From: a virus
Lineage: Duplodnaviria; Caudoviricetes
Strand: one strand, 5' to 3'
Virus record (IMG/VR): IMGVR_UViG_3300027374_000001
DNA: 64,000 nt
The notes beneath the pieces are model-generated. The model was not told the DNA's origin. It searched no databases and was given only the letters and a program-made list of their open reading frames with translations. Of this stretch, positions 18,779 to 29,437 are shown piece by piece. Made by a program: the position numbers and the translations under genes. Numbering within the stretch: the first letter of the stretch is position 1; every line of letters starts with the position of its first letter.

Positions 18779-21412
18779 CTAGAGTACCCGTAAATTGATG
18801 TCTGGAGTCATATCAGACACATTTATACATAAAAACTCTGGTGTTATAGTAACATCATCTTTATCTTGTTTATACAAATGCTGATATCCGGGTCCATACT
18901 CATTAAACCCAAGGAACTCAAAATATTCTATTGAGTTTCTATAGTCATTTGTAATTTGAGTTATAAGGTTCGGTATATGTAAAGAACTCATATCATTGAG
19001 ATTTTCTACATATTGTTTTATATCATGAAGGATATAGTTCTTCGTTTGATTATCAGAAGTTTTAAGTAATCTAACTTCAAAGTTCATTGTTAGATGTATT
19101 CTATCTACAGGTATTTCTCCATTCTTATCTATAGTGAATATAGTAGAACTACCATAAGTATTAAACAACTTAAAATCAATTAAGAAGTTATTTTCTAATA
19201 GATAAATAGCTTTATCTATATATGCCTTTTCGTAATTGAATTGTTGTACTAAAGCTTGTACATTATCCTCTGTATTTAGATAAGAATGTTTAATCACTGG
19301 TACCGATCTAACTTCAAATCCATATTCTTCATCATATTCTGTTTCCATAACATTATCTGTTACATGAGAAGACATAATCTGTGAATAATTATAGAAAAAT
19401 TCTAATCCTCCATTTATAGTATACATATTGGTCACAGACCATCCATATGTACCACCTTCTCCATCTACAGGAACAATACTATCTAGATCATATCTACCAT
19501 ACTCATTGTAAACTTCGGTAGAAGCTTCAAATTGATATAGCACATATATTCTAGCCTCGACATGACTAGTAAAATATCCATAGTCAGTAGCTAAAGTTCC
19601 TGGAATAGATACATTTTTAATGTGAATTTTATTATCATCATTTAGTTTATCTGTAGTTTCAAGGTTGAAGTTGAAGATATATCTGCCGGTCTTCATATTT
19701 ATATCTATAAACTCGCCTTCACAGTATCTATAAGGCTCGGTAGAATCCTCATTATATAAAACCAATATTGTTCTTATCTTATTTCCTATATTAGTACTAG
19801 AATCTCCGGCAGCATCTCCAAGCATAGATATATTTGGAGAGAGCATAATAGATAATTTATAAATATTTGGTTCTGAGAGATATTTTCTACACCACTCTAC
19901 ATAAGTAGCAATAAATTGCCTAGTAGCTTGATGGTTGATGTAACTAAATGTGAGCTGAGCCGGATAGTCCATTATGGATAGATAATACGATACATATAGC
20001 GGGTCATCGGTTACAACTAAAGAAAATGGTATTGTGTAAATATAATTGTGGGTATCGTCCTTTAGCATCTCTATAAGTTTCTCATCATTTTTATCATAAA
20101 TATGCCCAATGCCATTTTCCAATACTATATATGAACCAGGCTTTAATACATATTTACGATTATCTCGTGTTGTAAACTGAGATCTTCGTATTTCTATATC
20201 AATGGTATTAGTGGGAACGACGTTATCGTACACATCCTTTAAAACAAGATACGCAAAGTAAGACCTCTCAAATTGGTTATCCACCTTTTTCATTATTTCT
20301 ATTCTAGTTTTTTCTGCATCTAGAATCATCATATTGAAATAATTTTTAAGATCCTGCATATTGGTTATACTTCCTCTAGCTAACGCTTCTTTTGGAAGTA
20401 ATCTTTTTAATTCTTCTACTGTTTTTCTATCTTCACCTCCGGTTGAACGTTTTGCTGGTCTTATGATAGAATAAACGTTTTTATATTTAAATCTATCTGA
20501 AGTCAATTTTGCATAAACGATATCGTCATAGTCAAAGTTGCCTTCACTTCCTTTAGTAGTATAAATATATACAGTTATCTCATCATTTAGTTTTGGTAAA
20601 TATGATATAGAATCAAATCTGACTCTTATGGTTTGCTCATCTATGTAAGTATAATAACAATAATCTTTAATATTGTTTTCTATACCCATGCCCTCGAACA
20701 TCGGAGTCAGATAAGTTTCTTTGCCATTTTCATTTACACAAACTTCAAACCCGGCAAGTTGATCAAAGAACGTGAATTCAAAAGTTTTATTATCAATAGA
20801 AGAACTTGATATAACCTTCTTAGTTTCTGTTTTATGCGTAACCTGCATCAACTGACAGGGGATATATATCATATTTCTTCTTTGGTCTATTTGTACATAT
20901 GGAGTTGCAGTGTATGGATTAGTGATTTTACTTAACTCATTTTTCCTGTCTATTTTATATTGAGCAGAATAGGCATATTCATTGTTCGCTATTACTGTAC
21001 GTATAAGCATCAAATCATATTCTAAATGAAACTCAAAATCACCAATATTAAATATCATTTCTTTGGTTATAGTAAACACATCAGCAACAAAAAGATCAAA
21101 TATTTCGTCTTGATCTAGTCCTAAATATATAGGTAAAATAGCAGGAGATGCGTTTATATCATTTATATTCTGTATAATTGCATGTGCTATTACATTCTTT
21201 TCATACTTGGCTCTAGATGGCCACAATTCATTTCCGAGTTCTGAATTTATTATAATATCATTTTGTATTTGTTGTGACATCATATCTATGAGGTATCCAA
21301 AAATACCGACAGATAGAGTGTCTTCCGTCTTATTCGGTATATAAGTTTTAGATACGTCATGTACCATGTCTGTGATATTATAAATACTTGGATCTATAAT
21401 ATTATTAGCCAT
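18779..21412 (-). CDS. baseplate wedge protein (T4 gp6/P2 J-like)
   Basis: FDSISYLPKLNDEITVYIYTTKGSEGN..STGGEDRKTVEELKR..ARGSITNMQDL matches the gp6/J wedge motif; start set to MANNII after GGAGG RBS. Confidence 0.7.
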   Translation of the reverse strand: MANNIIDPSIYNITDMVHDVSKTYIPNKTEDTLSVGIFGYLIDMMSQQIQNDIIINSELGNELWPSRAKYEKNVIAHAIIQNINDINASPAILPIYLGLDQDEIFDLFVADVFTITKEMIFNIGDFEFHLEYDLMLIRTVIANNEYAYSAQYKIDRKNELSKITNPYTATPYVQIDQRRNMIYIPCQLMQVTHKTETKKVISSSSIDNKTFEFTFFDQLAGFEVCVNENGKETYLTPMFEGMGIENNIKDYCYYTYIDEQTIRVRFDSISYLPKLNDEITVYIYTTKGSEGNFDYDDIVYAKLTSDRFKYKNVYSIIRPAKRSTGGEDRKTVEELKRLLPKEALARGSITNMQDLKNYFNMMILDAEKTRIEIMKKVDNQFERSYFAYLVLKDVYDNVVPTNTIDIEIRRSQFTTRDNRKYVLKPGSYIVLENGIGHIYDKNDEKLIEMLKDDTHNYIYTIPFSLVVTDDPLYVSYYLSIMDYPAQLTFSYINHQATRQFIATYVEWCRKYLSEPNIYKLSIMLSPNISMLGDAAGDSSTNIGNKIRTILVLYNEDSTEPYRYCEGEFIDINMKTGRYIFNFNLETTDKLNDDNKIHIKNVSIPGTLATDYGYFTSHVEARIYVLYQFEASTEVYNEYGRYDLDSIVPVDGEGGTYGWSVTNMYTINGGLEFFYNYSQIMSSHVTDNVMETEYDEEYGFEVRSVPVIKHSYLNTEDNVQALVQQFNYEKAYIDKAIYLLENNFLIDFKLFNTYGSSTIFTIDKNGEIPVDRIHLTMNFEVRLLKTSDNQTKNYILHDIKQYVENLNDMSSLHIPNLITQITNDYRNSIEYFEFLGFNEYGPGYQHLYKQDKDDVTITPEFLCINVSDMTPDINLRVL

Positions 21413-21414
21413 AA

Positions 21415-22590
21415 TTAAATCCTCCATTTGAGTTTATAGGAATAATTCATATCAGATGGACCGTTCCAGTTATCTGGTTTATTCACTCTAACTACAACTG
21501 GCATAGTGGCCCATCTTCCATCTACCATTCCTTTACTAAAATTAAACACCGGTAAGTCATTTGTATATTTTATGAAATTATATGTGAGATCATTAAAATC
21601 TGTTAATATTGCCGGGTCCAGGTCGTCAAGGAATGCAGCTTCAAAATCAACGGCATAGGTTAATCCACCCTCTGTTTTCATATCAGAAAATGAATCTCGT
21701 GGAACCGATTTAGGAAATACACCCCATAATTTGGCATAGTATATTATGGTTTCACCATCATCTTCTACTATAAATTTATATATAGCAAATTGATCGTGCA
21801 ATCTTTTTGTCCTGGTATAGTAATCCATACACACCCCGTTTACTACAGGAGCATTATCTATATTTGGCGGTGTTACCATTCCTATTTTTTTTAATCTCTC
21901 ATAATTTTCATATGCTTTAAATAACTGGTATATCTCTAAATATTTCGTGTCTTCAAACTCTAATGAAAATTGAACTTTTTCATCGGAGTTATATCCAGAG
22001 CCTCTATAGCTATATGACGTTCCATATATATTAGAAGGAGTATCTATGGTATCAGCAGATATACTTGGTAACTCTAAGGTGTTTTGTACAGCATTAGATA
22101 GTACCGCCATAAATGGATTACTAGAACTGTATTCTGATGATTTCTGCAATTGACCAATCACGTTACCATATCTTTCTTTTAGTTCTAGAAAGAATGGGCT
22201 TCCGTTAAGCTCACTATTTAATGTCTTTCTTTGTGGAACTGTAATATGTAAATCTGGTTTTGTAAAAAACAAGTATTCTCTACTACCAGTTACTGCGTTG
22301 TAAGGATCCATTATTCCAAATCTGCTAAATTTATCGTACCATTTTATATCTATCCTGTCATATATACCATTCGCGTAAAATGTAGGTTGCAAATCTTCAG
22401 ATATACTTGGTCTATTACCAATATTTGTATTTGGAACTACCCTATTAAAACCCTTAAGTTCAGCATTAATGGCTGCTAGTGCGCTGCCTATACCCATAGC
22501 TTCACTGGGTTTTAATTGAGGTATTTTAGAAACCACTTTTTTGTTCTTAGGTTGAACTCTGGATTTTAAATTACCTATGACGGATGGCAT
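21415..22590 (-). CDS. virion structural protein (tail tube/baseplate-like fold)
   Basis: YLFFTKPDL..FSLEFEDTK..IIYYAKLWGVFPKSVP tube-like pattern; late promoter motif 22633-22622. Confidence 0.55.
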   Translation of the reverse strand: MPSVIGNLKSRVQPKNKKVVSKIPQLKPSEAMGIGSALAAINAELKGFNRVVPNTNIGNRPSISEDLQPTFYANGIYDRIDIKWYDKFSRFGIMDPYNAVTGSREYLFFTKPDLHITVPQRKTLNSELNGSPFFLELKERYGNVIGQLQKSSEYSSSNPFMAVLSNAVQNTLELPSISADTIDTPSNIYGTSYSYRGSGYNSDEKVQFSLEFEDTKYLEIYQLFKAYENYERLKKIGMVTPPNIDNAPVVNGVCMDYYTRTKRLHDQFAIYKFIVEDDGETIIYYAKLWGVFPKSVPRDSFSDMKTEGGLTYAVDFEAAFLDDLDPAILTDFNDLTYNFIKYTNDLPVFNFSKGMVDGRWATMPVVVRVNKPDNWNGPSDMNYSYKLKWRI

Positions 22591-22655
22591 TATTTCACAC
22601 TCCTTCCCTCTTCAAATTGATTAATTCTATGTTTCGAGGGCAAAATAGTACCAAA

Positions 22656-22674
22656 TTATATATTATAGATATGA
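22656..22674 (+). promoter_or_regulatory. early-type promoter motif
   Basis: tTATATA-TTATA-GATA-TGA. Confidence 0.55.
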
Positions 22675-22826
22675 TAAAGACTTATTCTAAATACCTTTTC
22701 ATATAAAACTGATTGAATCAGAAATGCTAAATCCAATTACAAAATGTGATTTATCATGTATACACCTCCCCAAATGTACGTTGCCGTTTGGCGTTAAAAA
22801 ATACAGAAGATTACAGGAGGGACGCC

Positions 22827-23099
22827 ATGATAAATTTTGCAAAGGTAGTTGCCGGGGCTATACCGGTCATTACAACTTTAGCATCAATATTACTAAAAGA
22901 ATCAGACGAGAGAAGAGATACAATTTCTGTAAAAGAAAAAGCGCCGCCTATGCAGGTTTCACCACCAATACAGCAAAAACAAATTCAACCATTGGTGCCT
23001 CAGGATATCAATTTAACAGTAAATGTGAATATTAAATTGCCAGATTTTGATAACAAAACTGGTGATTTTTTAACGAGAGGTATGCGTTATTATCCCTGA
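22827..23099 (+). CDS. hypothetical protein (90 aa)
   Basis: AGGAGG RBS before ATG 22827 (MINFAKV...); track start 22746 lacks an RBS. Confidence 0.55.
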   Translation: MINFAKVVAGAIPVITTLASILLKESDERRDTISVKEKAPPMQVSPPIQQKQIQPLVPQDINLTVNVNIKLPDFDNKTGDFLTRGMRYYP

Positions 23100-23179
23100 T
23101 TAGGGATATCTAGAATAAGTCTTTATTTTTTATTTTTTAACATCGAGATAAATCTTATAAGGAAGGAAGGGAACATATC

Positions 23180-24826
23180 ATGGGATTTGAAACAGTTCAT
23201 GAAACAGTAGTAAGTGATGTATTGGATATCATAAAAGATGGTATTCATACAGCTTCGGATCTAATGAATAAACCTGGTGATGTGGGAAGGGCAAGGTCTC
23301 TTACTAAGTATACAAAGGGATTAATATTAGTATTCCCAGTAGCAGCAAGTAAAAGCAATCATATTGAATCGGTAGGTATAGTAGCTAAAGCAATAGAACA
23401 AAAGGCGGTAACACTGTTACAGTTAGCCTTTTCTGCTGCTAATATTACTACAGTAAAATCTGGTATTGACTATCTTCAACAATTTCATACTAATTTAGAT
23501 TTTGATAAAATGAGCTTAGATTCATTTATTGATCTTATGGATGGAATGGTTGATGAATCTACAATTTCCGCAGATGCGTATAGTCAATACAGAACAGTTA
23601 CTGAAGATTTAAGAAATATATCTTATACTCTTAATAATGAGATAAATGAGTCATTCTCACTTAATCAGTATAGTATAGTAAAACCTGACTATGCTAGAGA
23701 TGGATATACCATTCTTAAAGAAGCTGATTATGATAGTATAGTGAAAAATCAGAAAAAGATTAAAGATGATGATGGATATTGGGACGATATTCGTAAAGGT
23801 TTGTATGATTCTAGGCTCAACCCGTCTAGGGTTAATCCTTCTACTGGAATAGATGCAGTTGCAATGAATACTGCCAATGCTGATTTAGAAAAGCTCAAGT
23901 CTACGTATAGAAGCTCTAAGTCTAGTGAATTAGATGAGCTTTTAAAAGCTGCTAATATGGCAGAAAAAGATGCTCAATTTTTAAAAACTTATTTGCAAAA
24001 CAGTGAGAAATTAAAAAATGATAAAAGAAAAACTGATATTGATGCAGAAAAGTTTTTACATCAAAAGAAGAAAGATCTGAAAGACGACGAGTATCGTACA
24101 AAACGGGATGAAATTATGGATGCTGAAAGAGAGCGTCAGGCTCGTCTTGATCTTATGAGAAATAATCTCGTTGCTAACGACGTAAGAAAAGCTAATGAAC
24201 TTGTCCCTACCATGATGATAGTAAATTTTAAAGTTCTTGATGGAGATGCTGGAGAAGTTAATCGTCAGATGGTAATTGGAGTTAAAGCAAAGATATACGA
24301 GATAGAGCCTTCTGATATGGTAAACAAGATAGTTACAAAACACGTGGATAGTAATGTACTTCTTAAGCTTGTTAAGGTTGGTACAAGAGAAATTAGTTTT
24401 GTTAAAGATTTCTTACTTGCTATTAACGATGCTAAGATTGATGCTCTTTCCAAATCAAGAAGAGGGTCTTCTAACAAACTTTTTAAAGTTCTTGAAAGAA
24501 GATCTTTAAAAGGTAAAATCGGCAGAAGTCTTAAATCTAAAGATTACTTTAAGGCTATAACAACTCTTGTTATTTCTCAAGAGGAAGCGGAAGAACTTCT
24601 TAAAAACAATGTGAACGTGTCCGATGTAAATACCATTCGTCCTATAATGGAAAAGCTCAATATTATGTGCTTTGTGATTATTGATGAATCTGCAGAAGCG
24701 GCAAGGTTTATCTTTGACACTGGAGATGACACATATGAAACTATTCCATTTACTCAGTTGGAACGTGAACAGAAGGATGGAATGTCTCGTAAAGTAATTA
24801 ATCTTATAGCAAAGATGAATAGATAG
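23180..24826 (+). CDS. virion structural protein (head-associated)
   Basis: 548 aa; late promoter motif 23139-23150; first gene of a structural operon. Confidence 0.55.
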   Translation: MGFETVHETVVSDVLDIIKDGIHTASDLMNKPGDVGRARSLTKYTKGLILVFPVAASKSNHIESVGIVAKAIEQKAVTLLQLAFSAANITTVKSGIDYLQQFHTNLDFDKMSLDSFIDLMDGMVDESTISADAYSQYRTVTEDLRNISYTLNNEINESFSLNQYSIVKPDYARDGYTILKEADYDSIVKNQKKIKDDDGYWDDIRKGLYDSRLNPSRVNPSTGIDAVAMNTANADLEKLKSTYRSSKSSELDELLKAANMAEKDAQFLKTYLQNSEKLKNDKRKTDIDAEKFLHQKKKDLKDDEYRTKRDEIMDAERERQARLDLMRNNLVANDVRKANELVPTMMIVNFKVLDGDAGEVNRQMVIGVKAKIYEIEPSDMVNKIVTKHVDSNVLLKLVKVGTREISFVKDFLLAINDAKIDALSKSRRGSSNKLFKVLERRSLKGKIGRSLKSKDYFKAITTLVISQEEAEELLKNNVNVSDVNTIRPIMEKLNIMCFVIIDESAEAARFIFDTGDDTYETIPFTQLEREQKDGMSRKVINLIAKMNR

Positions 24827-24839
24827 AGGGGGTGAAAAA

Positions 24840-25892
24840 ATGGTAAAAACCGTTTGCGATGCTTTATTTGAATATTATGATATGAATTCTACTCCTACAC
24901 GGAGGCATATACTTGCTCTTGACGAATCCGGAAAAGATGAGTTAGCCGCAGCGTTAGCATCTAAATTATATGGGATGATTGTTAAACGAATAGAAGACAT
25001 AGACTATGGTTCAATTCCAGCCTCTAAAGGAGATATTACTAAAGTAGAAAATTTTAGTGAACTTAAAGAGTGTGTGGATACAATAGAAGAACTTCTTAGC
25101 CATTTCAATCAGCCAGCAACTCAAGTAGGAACTATTAATACAGCAATTGCCAATATGGAGTCTAGTAAAAAGACATGGCAGAAGGCTTTCAACATAGGAG
25201 CAGAGATACCATGTGCATTTTACAATAACGTCGTATTAGCTATTATTTCTGGAGTGTCATTATTGATATCTGCATCTATAGAGTTCATTAAGGAACCTGG
25301 AGATAAACAGTTCGCATTAAGCTTCGACAGAGCGGGTTATTCTAAGACCAAAGACAAATTGTTATTTTCTAATCTTGAGAAATTTAACAAGAGTTTTGCT
25401 AAGGGAGAAATTGTAAAATTAATGGATAACCTCAACAAATCTCAAGCAAATATTGGAGAAAGCGCATTATATGCTGGAGAGGTGATGACGGAGTCTATTG
25501 CTCTGACTACCATAGTAGCAGGTATAGGATTCGTTGGTGGCGTGGTAGTTTTATTAACCTGCGTAGTTCCTATTTTGCATGAACTCACATGTTTCTTCTA
25601 TTCTTGTAAGCAAAACACTTCTGACTATTTTGCTTTGCAGCATCAATTGGTATTATTTAATGCTGAGCAGTTAAAGTATAATTATACTAAGTCAGATGCT
25701 GAGATAAAGAAGATTTATGATAAACAGGTTAAGATAGCTGAGTTTTTTAAGAAGATCAGTAATAAATTTGCTGTTAAGGTAAATAAAGCTGAAAACGATG
25801 CTGCTAAGCTTATAAAGAAGGAAAGCTCGGAGAAAATTACTATTCCCGATGAAGGAATCAGTAATACTATACAAGGATCAAGTATATTTTAA
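24840..25892 (+). CDS. virion structural protein
   Basis: 350 aa, same operon, one hydrophobic segment, xxES motifs. Confidence 0.55.
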   Translation: MVKTVCDALFEYYDMNSTPTRRHILALDESGKDELAAALASKLYGMIVKRIEDIDYGSIPASKGDITKVENFSELKECVDTIEELLSHFNQPATQVGTINTAIANMESSKKTWQKAFNIGAEIPCAFYNNVVLAIISGVSLLISASIEFIKEPGDKQFALSFDRAGYSKTKDKLLFSNLEKFNKSFAKGEIVKLMDNLNKSQANIGESALYAGEVMTESIALTTIVAGIGFVGGVVVLLTCVVPILHELTCFFYSCKQNTSDYFALQHQLVLFNAEQLKYNYTKSDAEIKKIYDKQVKIAEFFKKISNKFAVKVNKAENDAAKLIKKESSEKITIPDEGISNTIQGSSIF

Positions 25893-26008
25893 CCAGTTTA
25901 GACATAGTTAGATAAACATAATAAGTAATACAAATACACTTGGAACTAAATAACCGTGGGTTTGTATGAAACAAAAATATCAAACCAAAAATAAAGGAGG
26001 ATTTTATA

Positions 26009-27091
26009 ATGGAATTCGGAAATATGGAAGAACTTATTTTCGGCGAAAGTAGCGAACTGTTTTTCGATGAGAATGCCGGAGAAGAGATATCTGATGAAGA
26101 ACTGAATGAGTTCGGTATTATTGAAACCGGAGAAGAGCCGGAAGTTGCTGGATATGCCATTGCTCTTGAAAACGAGCAGAATTTCAACGCTATCATGAAT
26201 GCAATGATGGTTAAAGAATATGCTTGTCTTGAGAGCACGGGGACAGAGCTGGTGTATACGGAAGGAGCAATCGGTGACTTTTTCGAAGCTGTTAAAACTA
26301 CTATTAAAAGATGGTGGGGAAAGTTTGCAGAAATGATCAAAAAGGCCCAGGATAAAATTATCAAGTATACTAGAGAAAATGGTGCTTTCGTTAAAAAGTA
26401 TAAAGGTAAAGACATGAAAGCTCCGTCACAAGGTACTATGGATGTAGAAGGTTATACATATTCTAATCTGCAAAGATCTGGCCCTACACTCATTAGTGTT
26501 GTTGCTGAAACTTACAGAATTCGCGGTAGCAAATTCTTGAGTGATCTTAACGCAGATAGCAGTGAAAAAATAGAAGAGGTCAAGACGGCGATCGAAGATT
26601 ATGTTGAAAAGTTCGATGACGGCTTAAAGGAAAAATTGAATGCAAAAGCCGGAACTAAAGATAAAGCTTTGGCTGAGGCCGTAAAGGCATATTACAGAGG
26701 CAAGAAGCAGAAAATTACGGTAAAAGGATTTAAGGATCTTATCAAAGAAATGGATCAGGCTGCAGAAATTAGAAAGCATTTAAAGAATGATTATGATGCT
26801 GCAAAGAAGGCATCTAAGGAACTGCTTAAATCCGTTCATACTATGCAAAAGTCTTGTGATCGAAAAGACGATACAGAAAAGGCAAGATTGGCTGCAACCA
26901 AACCTCTTGTATCTCTCTTAAAGAAGACCATGAATGCAATGGGAAAAGTGCAGAGTGTGTCTATACAGGTTTACTATGAAAAATGTAAGGCTGATCGGGC
27001 TATGGCTATGTGGATTATAAATCACCAGCCGAAGAAAGCAACAAAAGAATCTACAGTAGAAAACGAGGGGCTTGGAATTGTTTTAGTGTAA
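26009..27091 (+). CDS. internal head protein (phiKZ-type paralog family with acidic propeptide)
   Basis: Acidic N-terminus with ALE/CLES/YTEG motifs followed by amphipathic DFFEAVKTTIKRWWGKF. Confidence 0.6.
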   Translation: MEFGNMEELIFGESSELFFDENAGEEISDEELNEFGIIETGEEPEVAGYAIALENEQNFNAIMNAMMVKEYACLESTGTELVYTEGAIGDFFEAVKTTIKRWWGKFAEMIKKAQDKIIKYTRENGAFVKKYKGKDMKAPSQGTMDVEGYTYSNLQRSGPTLISVVAETYRIRGSKFLSDLNADSSEKIEEVKTAIEDYVEKFDDGLKEKLNAKAGTKDKALAEAVKAYYRGKKQKITVKGFKDLIKEMDQAAEIRKHLKNDYDAAKKASKELLKSVHTMQKSCDRKDDTEKARLAATKPLVSLLKKTMNAMGKVQSVSIQVYYEKCKADRAMAMWIINHQPKKATKESTVENEGLGIVLV

Positions 27092-27106
27092 ATCTAAGTA
27101 GCATAA

Positions 27107-27128
27107 GGGAGGACTTCGGTCCTCCCTT
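27107..27128 (+). terminator. hairpin (TTCG loop), probable terminator or processing site
   Basis: AGGGAGGAC-TTCG-GTCCTCCCT. Confidence 0.6.
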
Positions 27129-27162
27129 AAAATTTGTTAAGCAAGTTTAGGAGGTTTGCAAA

Positions 27163-29424
27163 GTGAGTAATACATTTAATTTTAAATATCTTACAGAAAA
27201 TAGTTCTAATCTTGAGTCTAAGATGATAAAGGGTGTAGCGAGAGAGATGTATCTTAACGCCGCTATTGCATCCCTCCGGAAATTGAATACCTTTGTCACC
27301 GAATCTACCAAGAGTTTATATTCTCAAATATTAGAAGCAGAATCTAAAGAAGATGAGAATAAACTATTTGCTGATTACTTTGGTCAGTTTAAAGATGTTT
27401 TTGATAAGTTTAAAGGTCGAATTGAAGAAATGGAACAAAGGTCAGCCATGGCTATCGAAACGCTCGGTTCAGCAAATTCAGATTTGATTGATTCTGACCA
27501 ATATATATCTGGGTTTGAAGGGTTATTCTCATATTCTGGATGGAAATTTAAAAATCTTTCAGATACACTACCGAAAGTAGAATTAAGAACGTGTTTTCAG
27601 AGAGATTTTGATACCCTTGGTAGGGTTATGCAAGACGAAGGTATTAAAGCTTCTCCTATAGAAAGAGTAAAGATTATAGCACAAGTATGTAACGATTTCT
27701 GTAAGAATTCTAAGCATTGGTATAAGAAAGTAACAAAGGACATTCTTGGAGAGGATTGTGAAGAGTGCTGTGATACTTCTTTTACAGAATTTCTTTATTC
27801 TTATTTTAGAGAGAAGGAAGAATTTGAAGTTAATAAGGGTACCCTTTACAAGTGTAAGGATGAACTTAACAATATAGAAGAATATAAGATATCTATTTAT
27901 CAAATGTGTGATCGTCTTATAGAAGATATAGATTTCATATCTTATGAAATTTCATCTTATCTGTTTAGAAATAAAGATAACACTCTCAAGATAAAAACTC
28001 CAACAGATGGGGTTATTGATCGTGATTATAGGTTAGACTCTTATGCTATGAATCAGGTCAATATCTTTCTTAAGAGCAAGATATCTCATATTTCTAAAGT
28101 AATTAATGTTTATACTATGGCTATAAGTATTAAGATTGACGCATTAATAGATAATATTACTCAGTGTAAGAACATTCTTCGCATGGTGCAAGAGAAATGT
28201 GATACTAGATGTTGTGAAGTGGAACCGGATTTTAATGATGGAGAGGTTTCTGAAGATCCTATCAATTCTGATGAACCAGAAGTTCAAGACGACGAAGATG
28301 TGGAAAATATGGACAATGTCGAAGATAACTTTTCTCATCTTGATGGGTTTAATGATGGTGAATTCGGTGAAGATAATTCTCCTAACGATGTTGAAGATGA
28401 GAATTTCGATGAGGCTACTTTATTTGAATCATTTGTTCTTGAGGCCGAGCTGTTGTACGAGACAAATGCAATGACAGATTATGTATCTCGTGTGTTACTT
28501 AATGAAGCAGATGGAGAAGAGGGAGGATCTAATAAAGACGCAGAAGGAAGTCAATCAACTTCTAGTACCAGTTCTTCCTCAAGCGGATTGTCTTCTGTAA
28601 AAGCAACAAAAGCTCCTTTGTGGTTATCCTTAATGAGAAAGCTTAAAAAACTTTGGGACAAATTTAAAGAAATCGTTACTGTAGGATCCAAAAAGAAGAT
28701 TGAGTGGCTCAAGAAAAATAAGAAATATATCGAGAAAAAAATCAACATAGATGGAGATTTAACCCTCAAATATACACCAGATTTCAAGATGCTTGATCAA
28801 TTTCCTATCCAGGATTATAATGCAGTTCAAAATTATCTAAAATCAGAAGAAGAGTTTGAAAAACATGCTGTAAAATCTATTTCTGATAATGAAGGTACTG
28901 TAATAGAACGTATGGAAAAGGCAATTCTCGGAGAAGAACAAACTGGAAAAGTAGGAACACTCAAAACCACAGTTCAACAGGCGTATGACTACTGTACTGA
29001 CCAATATGCTAAATCTGTTGATGCTCTTCAAAAGGAAACAACTCATCTTGAAAAGGCTCAGAACTTAGCTATTCAGCGTTCTAAGGCTAAGGTTAAAGCC
29101 GCTGACGAATCAGCTAATATGAGTATTGAGGATTACTTTACTGAATTTGATGCATCTGGAGTTGAGAAGACTGGCAAGGAGCAAAACAAAGAAGATAAGA
29201 AAACAGAAAAGGATAATTTTGATATATATTTCAAAGTTTATAGTAGAATTATATCTGCTAAAATGAGCATATATCAAAAGCTATTCAATGAGATGTATTC
29301 TTATTGTAAGTTTTACATTACAGAGGCTCAAAATCGTAGTGGAGTTAAAACTGAAGACCCGGATAAATCAAATAATGGTGGAGAAGACAATTCTGGATCT
29401 CAAGAAACAGTTAAGATGAATTAA
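27163..29424 (+). CDS. internal head protein, two modules joined by an acidic linker
   Basis: GTG start with AGGAGG; acidic linker with LFES/VLEA/LNEA motifs; LMRKLKKLWDKFKE amphipathic helix like its neighbours. Confidence 0.55.
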   Translation: MSNTFNFKYLTENSSNLESKMIKGVAREMYLNAAIASLRKLNTFVTESTKSLYSQILEAESKEDENKLFADYFGQFKDVFDKFKGRIEEMEQRSAMAIETLGSANSDLIDSDQYISGFEGLFSYSGWKFKNLSDTLPKVELRTCFQRDFDTLGRVMQDEGIKASPIERVKIIAQVCNDFCKNSKHWYKKVTKDILGEDCEECCDTSFTEFLYSYFREKEEFEVNKGTLYKCKDELNNIEEYKISIYQMCDRLIEDIDFISYEISSYLFRNKDNTLKIKTPTDGVIDRDYRLDSYAMNQVNIFLKSKISHISKVINVYTMAISIKIDALIDNITQCKNILRMVQEKCDTRCCEVEPDFNDGEVSEDPINSDEPEVQDDEDVENMDNVEDNFSHLDGFNDGEFGEDNSPNDVEDENFDEATLFESFVLEAELLYETNAMTDYVSRVLLNEADGEEGGSNKDAEGSQSTSSTSSSSSGLSSVKATKAPLWLSLMRKLKKLWDKFKEIVTVGSKKKIEWLKKNKKYIEKKINIDGDLTLKYTPDFKMLDQFPIQDYNAVQNYLKSEEEFEKHAVKSISDNEGTVIERMEKAILGEEQTGKVGTLKTTVQQAYDYCTDQYAKSVDALQKETTHLEKAQNLAIQRSKAKVKAADESANMSIEDYFTEFDASGVEKTGKEQNKEDKKTEKDNFDIYFKVYSRIISAKMSIYQKLFNEMYSYCKFYITEAQNRSGVKTEDPDKSNNGGEDNSGSQETVKMN

Positions 29425-29437
29425 GTGGGGTGACATA

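Noticed and set aside
22724-23035. 103-aa ORF overlapping 22827-23099
   Set aside because: No RBS; the alternative frame has a strong AGGAGG start
25900-25930. Late promoter before the 26009 ORF
   Set aside because: Only an AACA-N7-TA near-match; not counted among the exact motifs
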